From positions 1 to 43,079 of the IMG/VR virus record IMGVR_UViG_3300010316_000017: a stretch of 43,079 bases of DNA; one strand, given 5' to 3'. Below the pieces are notes generated by a model that was given only the letters and a program-made list of their open reading frames with translations, did no database searches and was not told the origin of the DNA. Shown piece by piece: positions 37,423-43,079 of the stretch (within the stretch, counting starts at the first letter, position 1; each line of letters opens with the position of its first letter). Made by a program: the position numbers and the translations under genes. Source of the DNA: a virus. Its lineage: Duplodnaviria > Caudoviricetes.

Positions 37423-37539
37423 ATGCTGATGATAGCTATTAGTGCGTCCGAAGGTGCTCCATTTATAGAGATACTTGGGACTGTCTTATTATTTCTCTTC
37501 GTACGGTGGACAACTAGTCATCATCGAAAAGGGAAATGA
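37423..37539 (+). CDS. Micro-ORF, 38 aa single-transmembrane peptide
   Basis: MLMIAISASEGAPFIEILGTVLLFLFVRWTTSHHRKGK: hydrophobic helix followed by a basic tail. Confidence 0.45.
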   Translation: MLMIAISASEGAPFIEILGTVLLFLFVRWTTSHHRKGK

Positions 37540-37557
37540 CCCACATTGGGTTCAGAC

Positions 37558-37576
37558 AAGGAACGCTGCGCTGACC
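37558..37576 (+). repeat. Motif B copy 2
   Basis: AAGGAACGCTGCGCTGACC, exact. Confidence 0.9.
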
Positions 37577-37650
37577 TTTTATTTAAAACTTCCGGGGATC
37601 TGAGTAACTACCTCACACATCCTGAGCAAATACCTCTGAGTAACTGTGTA

Positions 37651-37675
37651 TGCTCCCTTGTCGCATCTGTTCTTT
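37651..37675 (+). repeat. Motif A copy 3
   Basis: TGCTCCCTTGTCGCATCTGTTCTTT, 2 mismatches. Confidence 0.85.
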
Positions 37676-37762
37676 ACTGGTCTCTTTTAAAATTTACGCT
37701 AAAAATAAAAAGCTGTTACACGACGTAACGGTGTTTTTAGTGTATAACTTAATTCCACACCT

Positions 37763-38509
37763 ATGCCTAGAGCAAAAGGTAATACCGCATCGAAAGGTGC
37801 GAAGACGAATCCGACAACCAACTCGGACGTAATTTATAAACAACCTGTACAAATCGCACGAGGCGATGAAGGTTATGACAAATTCTCTGAATCAGCTATC
37901 GAGGCTGAAATGGAGATGCCACCCGAGGCGCTCAATACCCTCGTTCGCACCCGTTCATTGTTTCGACTACCAATCGAACAATTGCAAGGTATGACCTTTA
38001 ATGCCGTTGCGCGTCTTCGCAACTTTAACGACGAGGTCAACGAACAGGATATGAACGATACCGACCCTAAAACGGCTCAACTTCGTGGAAACATTAATAT
38101 CGTGTTTCAATCCTCGGGTAACGCACCTCGAGTATCTCTATCTGTCCGACAGATATTGAATTTGAACGTTAACATAGACGGATATCAATGTCTTGTTTCC
38201 GACCTTATGTATATGAATCGATTGACAGCTGTCCCACAGCAATTCACAATTGTTTCTGTCGTTCATAAGGAGAATGAAGACGGTTCTAAGGGCTTGATAT
38301 ATCCTTTGTCGATGTACAAGGCATTTAACGCTCGCAAAGCTGTCCTTAAAAAGGAAGCTAAGGACAAAGGGCTTGATTATGATTATCGAGCAATTTATCA
38401 AGAGGACTTCATCGACACCCTTCGGGACGGGGACGAAAGCACGAGAATACCGACGTGCACGGAGGCTGATGCGATTAAAGACATCGTTGTCAGCGTACCT
38501 ACGGTATAA
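37763..38509 (+). CDS. Hypothetical protein, paralogue of 39090-39845
   Basis: 248 aa with collinear shared motifs with the 251 aa ORF. Preceded by B-A and a 5' hairpin. Confidence 0.8.
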   Translation: MPRAKGNTASKGAKTNPTTNSDVIYKQPVQIARGDEGYDKFSESAIEAEMEMPPEALNTLVRTRSLFRLPIEQLQGMTFNAVARLRNFNDEVNEQDMNDTDPKTAQLRGNINIVFQSSGNAPRVSLSVRQILNLNVNIDGYQCLVSDLMYMNRLTAVPQQFTIVSVVHKENEDGSKGLIYPLSMYKAFNARKAVLKKEAKDKGLDYDYRAIYQEDFIDTLRDGDESTRIPTCTEADAIKDIVVSVPTV

Positions 38510-38520
38510 TTAATTAATAT

Positions 38521-38547
38521 AGAGCCTCTTAGCACGGGGCTCTTTTA
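38521..38547 (+). terminator. Hairpin C-like copy 5
   Basis: AGAGCCTC-TTAGCAC-GGGGCTCT-TTTA. Confidence 0.65.
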
Positions 38548-38559
38548 AAACTTAAACTT

Positions 38560-38700
38560 ATGGAAGACCCATTAGGATTAACGTATTGTACCACTTGCAC
38601 GGACAATACTAGTAACATTCATACGAGCGCAAACATTCTTTGTCAAGCTTGTAAAAAACCAAAGACACCGTATCACGGTAAGGGAATGTTTATATTGTAA
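38560..38700 (+). CDS. Micro-ORF, 46 aa zinc-ribbon peptide
   Basis: MEDPLGLTYCTTCTDNTSNIHTSANILCQACKKPKTPYHGKGMFIL with two CxxC. A-rich leader and its own downstream hairpin. Confidence 0.55.
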   Translation: MEDPLGLTYCTTCTDNTSNIHTSANILCQACKKPKTPYHGKGMFIL

Positions 38701-38705
38701 TAACC

Positions 38706-38732
38706 AACTCCTCATTAATTTGGGGAGTTTTA
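38706..38732 (+). terminator. Terminator hairpin
   Basis: AACTCCTCA-TTAATT-TGGGGAGTT-TT. Confidence 0.6.
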
Positions 38733-38834
38733 TAATTTAAAGCGCTCGCAAATAGCCTAGGAACACTTCGTTGCGTTAATTATTGCCGAGCTGAAAAAGC
38801 TCTTGGGGCTATTTGCTCGCTTTAAAACAATGAA

Positions 38835-38853
38835 AAGGAACGCTTCGCTGACC
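38835..38853 (+). repeat. Motif B copy 3
   Basis: AAGGAACGCTTCGCTGACC, 1 mismatch. Confidence 0.85.
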
Positions 38854-38918
38854 CATTTATTTAAAGCCTGATGCGCTTAACGCGCCTTCGCCTACTTAAC
38901 TGGCTTAACTGAACTCCT

Positions 38919-38979
38919 CGCTCCCTCGTCGCGTCTGTTCTTTCTTTACCTAATCGCTCCCTTGTCGCGTCTGTTCTTT
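38919..38979 (+). repeat. Motif A copies 4 and 5 (tandem, 36 nt period)
   Basis: 38919-38943 (1 mismatch) and 38955-38979 (exact). Confidence 0.9.
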
Positions 38980-39089
38980 CTTGGTCCTTAGTTTGCTTCG
39001 CTGTTTGTCTACCGACATGTCCTTAAGGATAAACGTTTCGGTAAACTTAGAGCAAAAACGAATTAATAATTTATATAAATAACTGAATT

Positions 39090-39845
39090 ATGAGTAAAGT
39101 ACAACAAGAATCTAAGCCTGAATTGGCGTTACCACTTAGCGTATTGGCTGAAATAGCGCCAGCGAGAACATTATCAACCATGAAATCTGCTGATATAGTA
39201 GACAAAGTATTCTCTTTTGTCAATGCTGTAGTCCGAACTCGGTACATGACTGACGAGCAGAAGGCTGCATACGAAGAAGGAGTACGTGAGCAAGAAGAAA
39301 CAGGTGAAACTAACTCCAAAGTTTTGGAAGCCACTACTATCATCTATGCGGGTGCTGGAACAACTATTGGTTTAAGAGCTAATTCCTTATTAGCCCTAAG
39401 AACATTTGAAGCAGCTACTATTGGTACTCCTGCCAAAGCCAAAGCAGCTGTGCAAAAAGAAAATAATGAAGATGCATACACAACTTTAAGTGGTGCTATG
39501 ATGAAGCATGCTGAAGAAGTGAAAGCTCAGCCGGGTGCTCCAGCTTATTCACCTCAATTTCCATCAGCGTTCAGAATCTTGCATGCTGAAGAAGTGAAGT
39601 CTGGTGTTAACCAAGTAGGGACTGAGACTGAAGCATTAGCTTATCCTATGCAAGCTTACAAGAAGTTTGCGCTTGAAGACAAGAAAAGAAAGAATGATCC
39701 TGTTAACTACCCTGAGTATAATGTTGGGCAGTTGTATCAAGACCAAGCTTTCAGAGATTCTTTGGCTGGTACTGAGCTTACTAGCGACAAAGCTGAAGCT
39801 TATAAGACTATCTTTATTGAAAAGATTGATTTCTCTACTATATAG
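39090..39845 (+). CDS. Hypothetical protein, paralogue of 37763-38509
   Basis: 251 aa. Shares NAVxRxR, YPxxxYKxF and YQ...FxDxL motifs with its paralogue. Confidence 0.8.
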   Translation: MSKVQQESKPELALPLSVLAEIAPARTLSTMKSADIVDKVFSFVNAVVRTRYMTDEQKAAYEEGVREQEETGETNSKVLEATTIIYAGAGTTIGLRANSLLALRTFEAATIGTPAKAKAAVQKENNEDAYTTLSGAMMKHAEEVKAQPGAPAYSPQFPSAFRILHAEEVKSGVNQVGTETEALAYPMQAYKKFALEDKKRKNDPVNYPEYNVGQLYQDQAFRDSLAGTELTSDKAEAYKTIFIEKIDFSTI

Positions 39846-39868
39846 TAGACTGAATTGATATTAGGCAT

Positions 39869-39900
39869 ATACCTCGGCTGTAATGGTCGAGGTATTTATT
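39869..39900 (+). terminator. Terminator hairpin
   Basis: ATACCTCGGC...GTCGAGGTAT-TTATT. Confidence 0.65.
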
Positions 39901-40467
39901 ATATTTACAGTGAACTGGACACTATAAAACACCTTAAACATATTACCTGAGTGGAATTAGGTTGTTGTAGCAGTAAATCCCCTTGAAAGCTTTGGTTGTT
40001 GCCAGGGGATTGCTGTTACTTTAAATAGATAAGTAAGAGTTTTTAGGGAAGTACTGGTTCTGTTGCTTCTACCGAAGTGTTCTAGCAAAACACTGTAGTT
40101 CAGGGGATTAAAGTAAATTTAAGTGAAGCATATGCCGAGCCCGTCACCATCTCCCCTTCAAACCCCTCTATCCAAATCTCTATTTATCCCAACCAAAAAA
40201 TTCCTCAAATCAAAATTTACACTTCTACCCTATCCCCTTAACCCTCAGTCCATTAGAACTCATCCCTTTTAACCCATCCCCTCTTAACCCGAAGGTTCTT
40301 TTAGGTACTCAATAATCCTCAAAACACCCAAATAACCCAAAAACAACCCTTAAATTTGTTCAAGTGTGACGTCTAACCTCCCAAAACAGCAAAAAAAGCA
40401 CTTTGAATTCCCACTTTTTAATACTCCCCAGTAATTCTCACCAGTTAAACCCTAAAACCCTATCTCA

Positions 40468-40848
40468 ATGCTCAACGAAATAAAAACCCTATCCGCTCTA
40501 AAAGGCAAAACCATAGTAGACACTATCCAACATCAAGATGAGCTCTACCTAAAGTTCTCAGATACTTCTTTCGCTGTCCTCATTATCCTTGACATCACAC
40601 AAGGCTTTGGCTACACCAATCAAGAAATCAACATAAACCAATTCCCCAAAGATACGACAGACCCCGCTTTACTCGTCCTACGTCTAATAACGCAAGACCA
40701 ATACGATACAGCTTGTCATAAAGAAAAATTAGCTTATGCACGTCAGAAAGTTCAACAAGAATTAGAAGACCAAGCTCGTCTTAAAACATTAGAACTCCAG
40801 CAGCTCAAAGCTCTAAAAATAAAATATGAAAAAGATAACCCTTCCTAA
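40468..40848 (+). CDS. Hypothetical early protein
   Basis: 126 aa with a C-terminal coiled coil; overlaps the next gene. Confidence 0.7.
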   Translation: MLNEIKTLSALKGKTIVDTIQHQDELYLKFSDTSFAVLIILDITQGFGYTNQEININQFPKDTTDPALLVLRLITQDQYDTACHKEKLAYARQKVQQELEDQARLKTLELQQLKALKIKYEKDNPS

Positions 40849-41197
40849 TCTATCCAAGGTCAGCCAATCGCCAGTCAGCCAAACCTCCACAATCAATACC
40901 ATTCCTGGCTTTAGAATTCAGCAGCGTAAGTTCTCTTCTAACGTTTTAGAGAAAAGTCACCTCATCAATGGCAAGCTCACTTGGACAATCTTTATTGCCC
41001 CGCTAGCAACCAAACTTAAAGGAGACATAGCTTGTGAAGAACTGTTCAAATTTTATACTAGCACAACATCTTCAGAAGTTACAGCACAAAAAGAGCTCAT
41101 CATATATCTAGTTGCCGACAACAAATTAGATGTATCATATGCAACCAAATTAATAGATAATCTAAAAACAATTAACAATGCAAAAAATAAAAGTTAA
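40826..41197 (+). CDS. Hypothetical early protein
   Basis: 123 aa, in an overlapping operon arrangement. Confidence 0.6.
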   Translation: MKKITLPNLSKVSQSPVSQTSTINTIPGFRIQQRKFSSNVLEKSHLINGKLTWTIFIAPLATKLKGDIACEELFKFYTSTTSSEVTAQKELIIYLVADNKLDVSYATKLIDNLKTINNAKNKS

Positions 41198-41591
41198 AAA
41201 AGCTCTTGTTATCCAGGCTCTCAAAGAAAACCAGATAAAATTTATAGATGCTTATAACATAGCCTTAGAAGGTTATAGACTATCCGTAATAGATACTCTA
41301 AGCACCTATTTAAACGACTTCAAAAAATTAAGCCTAGACGAAATAGCTGCTTTTCCTATAGTACCCCCTATAGATGAGCAACCCATAAACTATTCAGAAG
41401 AGTTTGACATAGCCTTAGAAATGTTAGAATTAGAAGTAGAAGATACTGTCTACCTATCTTCTGGTGAATTCAAACAGTATTTTAAGAATAAATGGGCTTG
41501 GTATAATCAGTGGTCACTCAATAATTCTGGCAATATAGGCATAGGAACCAATTCCCCTAAATCCAGATACTACGTAGATACTCCCAAATAA
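41178..41591 (+). CDS. Conserved-looking phage hypothetical protein
   Basis: 137 aa helical protein with P..Y..EFD.A.EMLE..V.D.V.LS..EF.QY..N.W.W pattern. Confidence 0.7.
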   Translation: MQKIKVKKALVIQALKENQIKFIDAYNIALEGYRLSVIDTLSTYLNDFKKLSLDEIAAFPIVPPIDEQPINYSEEFDIALEMLELEVEDTVYLSSGEFKQYFKNKWAWYNQWSLNNSGNIGIGTNSPKSRYYVDTPK

Positions 41592-41621
41592 TATAACAAT
41601 CAAAATCCATATAAAATCCTT

Positions 41622-41975
41622 ATGAAAACTCTAAAAACAATATTATTCGCAATATTATTAATAGCAATTACAGCCCCTTCTTTCGGGCAGTTAAATAAAA
41701 ATGCTCTCATAATAAAAGAAAATAATCCCGAAATGTATTCACAGATAAAACAATTTGCAGCTAAAGATTGGAAAGGTGATCATAGCATGATGATTTACAC
41801 TATTAATAAACAAAGTGATGCAATGTTTAAATGGGTAAAATTAACAGAGAGAGCAGATTATGATAAAGAATTAATGATAGACGCTGTAATGCAATGGAAA
41901 GACGGAGATCTCTGGAATTATTCTATGATAATTTATAGCTATGAAAAGCAATTAAAAGCTAAAAATCAATACTAA
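41622..41975 (+). CDS. Secreted protein with signal peptide and internal duplication
   Basis: Signal MKTLKTILFAILLIAITAPSFG|Q. Repeats WKGDHSMMIYTINKQ and WNYSMIIYSYEKQ. Confidence 0.75.
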   Translation: MKTLKTILFAILLIAITAPSFGQLNKNALIIKENNPEMYSQIKQFAAKDWKGDHSMMIYTINKQSDAMFKWVKLTERADYDKELMIDAVMQWKDGDLWNYSMIIYSYEKQLKAKNQY

Positions 41976-42019
41976 TAAATTCTGTAATATCACTAACAAT
42001 CAAAACCCAATCAAGAGCC

Positions 42020-42106
42020 ATGGAAGAAATTATAACAATTGTAATAATGCATATAGTCATGGCTCTAATAGGTTGGAACTACTTAAAAACAGATCTCAAT
42101 AAGTAA
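42020..42106 (+). CDS. Micro-ORF, 28 aa hydrophobic peptide
   Basis: MEEIITIVIMHIVMALIGWNYLKTDLNK, with the same leader motif as the 42165 gene. Confidence 0.45.
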   Translation: MEEIITIVIMHIVMALIGWNYLKTDLNK

Positions 42107-42164
42107 ATTAAAATATAAAGTAAAAGATAAATACTATTAACAATCAAAACCCAGTCAAGAACTT

Positions 42165-42545
42165 ATGAGATTAACATCCAATGCTGAAATAGCCTTTGAA
42201 GAGTGGTATACTAACAATTACCACGCCGATCCTAATGACTACAATTTTGTACCTATTCAAGGAAAAAGAGACGGACAATGGAATACCCATATAGAGGTAA
42301 CATTTTATATGCTCACAGCCGCTCAAAAATTTGCAGTTTACATTGATTTTGCAGACAGTTTAAGCAAACGTAAAGATATTATCTGTAGACTATGTATCCT
42401 TATAATCGAAACACAAAAAGGATTTGCATATACTATCAACGGTACCCGAAGCGATACCTTCCCCACACGTCCTGAAGCAAGGCTTGCAGCTATCAATAAT
42501 CTTGATACTTTACTTAATCAAATATTCCCTTTAATCTTGTCATGA
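42165..42545 (+). CDS. Hypothetical protein resembling small flavobacterial phage proteins
   Basis: MRLT..AE.AFEEWY...VYIDF.DS...TRPEAR.AAI pattern. Confidence 0.65.
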   Translation: MRLTSNAEIAFEEWYTNNYHADPNDYNFVPIQGKRDGQWNTHIEVTFYMLTAAQKFAVYIDFADSLSKRKDIICRLCILIIETQKGFAYTINGTRSDTFPTRPEARLAAINNLDTLLNQIFPLILS

Positions 42546-42676
42546 TAACAACGCCTCTTCAATTCAAGTTCTGGTGCAGAGATAGTTTACAATCTCCGGC
42601 ACAACGCTGTAAGATTCAATGTGATTACTGTAAGGAAAATAAACCTGTAATAAAACTAAATTTAACTAAACCATGA
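42542..42676 (+). CDS. Micro-ORF, 44 aa Cys-rich peptide
   Basis: MITTPLQFKFWCRDSLQSPAQRCKIQCDYCKENKPVIKLNLTKP, with ATGA overlaps at both ends. Confidence 0.5.
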   Translation: MITTPLQFKFWCRDSLQSPAQRCKIQCDYCKENKPVIKLNLTKP

Positions 42677-42828
42677 AATCCAGCCATTATTTATTTATAG
42701 GTAATGCTATATGCTTTACCGCATTATTTTGGATTTATCCTAGATTACAAGAAATACCTTTTATAATTCATTTAAATATAGGGCTCATAGTAATAATCTA
42801 TTCCTTTTACCGATTAAAAAAAGAATAA
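42673..42828 (+). CDS. Small two-helix membrane protein, 51 aa
   Basis: MKSSHYLFIGNAICFTALFWIYPRLQEIPFIIHLNIGLIVIIYSFYRLKKE, ATGA-coupled to the previous ORF. Confidence 0.5.
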   Translation: MKSSHYLFIGNAICFTALFWIYPRLQEIPFIIHLNIGLIVIIYSFYRLKKE

Positions 42829-42955
42829 TTTAAACATGTTAGTTTAAAAGGTGTTGAAGTCGCTGATGAAAGGTCATCATCAAATCAATTTAATAAGGGG
42901 GAACACACTGGCGTGGCACAGCCCTTGCCTTTAATTAACTAAAAATTTATACACT

Positions 42956-43079
42956 ATGAAACAACCAATAAAGGTAGTACTACTACCAACAGAAAATAAG
43001 ACCGATGTTATTGAAGTAACTATGGGAAATCTTAAAGAACTAAGATATGTACCTACATTACTATTAGAAAACTTAGATA
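42956..43079 (+). CDS. Hypothetical protein, truncated by window edge
   Basis: MKQPIKVVLLPTENKTDVIEV... open to the end of the window, with an A-rich leader. Confidence 0.55.
   Translation, partial: MKQPIKVVLLPTENKTDVIEVTMGNLKELRYVPTLLLENLD

Noticed and set aside
37546-37832. 60 aa ORFs at 37546 and 37650 spanning motifs B and A
   Set aside because: They overlap regulatory repeats and the real 37763 gene, and equivalent frames are not preserved at the other repeat copies.
35863-38979. CRISPR or TIGR-type array
   Set aside because: Repeats are separated by 0.8-1.3 kb containing genes, not by uniform short spacers. No cas or Nop-domain gene was recognised. Only copies 4 and 5 are tandem.
35857-39900. 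Retron, diversity-generating retroelement or integron
   Set aside because: No reverse transcriptase or tyrosine recombinase in the window, no template/variable repeat pair with adenine-specific changes, and the repeats lack attC-type GTT/AAC core sites.
35101-40460. True inverted terminal repeat between 35.1-35.45 kb and 40.14-40.4 kb
   Set aside because: Only short patchy reverse-complement matches (e.g. TTTGGGAGGT/ACCTCCCAAA), explainable by opposite compositional skew. A dot-plot would be needed to claim more.
41521-41560. GNIGIGTNSP tail-fibre-like motif at the end of the 41178 protein
   Set aside because: A single short copy with no other fibre features, insufficient for a functional call.
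42862-42885. Hammerhead core from CTGATGA
   Set aside because: The TGATGA is itself paired in a hairpin, and the stem II-GAAA arrangement is missing.

Overview
The window reads as part of a crAss-like (Crassvirales-type) podophage genome in the standard genetic code, probably infecting a Bacteroidota host. All assignments come from motif recognition and gene order; no searches were run. 1-29.4 kb is a minus-strand virion and packaging module. In transcription order it holds a T5orf172/GIY-YIG protein, two peptidoglycan-binding proteins, a PD-(D/E)XK nuclease, a DUF2158-like protein, a possible TerS, TerL, a tandem double GroES, portal, hub-like proteins, an acidic scaffold-like protein, the major capsid protein, ring and auxiliary capsid proteins, a muzzle/tail-stabilisation protein, an Ig-like repeat fibre, a BppU-like adaptor and a collagen-like fibre cut by the window edge. 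29.6-35.1 kb holds an HTH replication-initiator-like gene with five internal iterons and two plus-strand genes that share a peptide motif with virion-module genes, one an ART-PolyVal plus lysozyme-like fusion. 35.8-40.1 kb is the most unusual part: a repeat-punctuated cassette array. It has three interspersed DNA motifs (A x5, B x3, hairpin C x5), several densely base-paired non-coding segments, micro-ORFs and two paralogous ~250 aa proteins, and the G/C strand skew flips across it. Small early-type genes follow from 40.4 kb. The two best candidates for new biology are this cassette/ncRNA array and a K-(F/Y/M/A)-(Q/R/E)-x-G-G peptide tag shared by five otherwise unrelated proteins.
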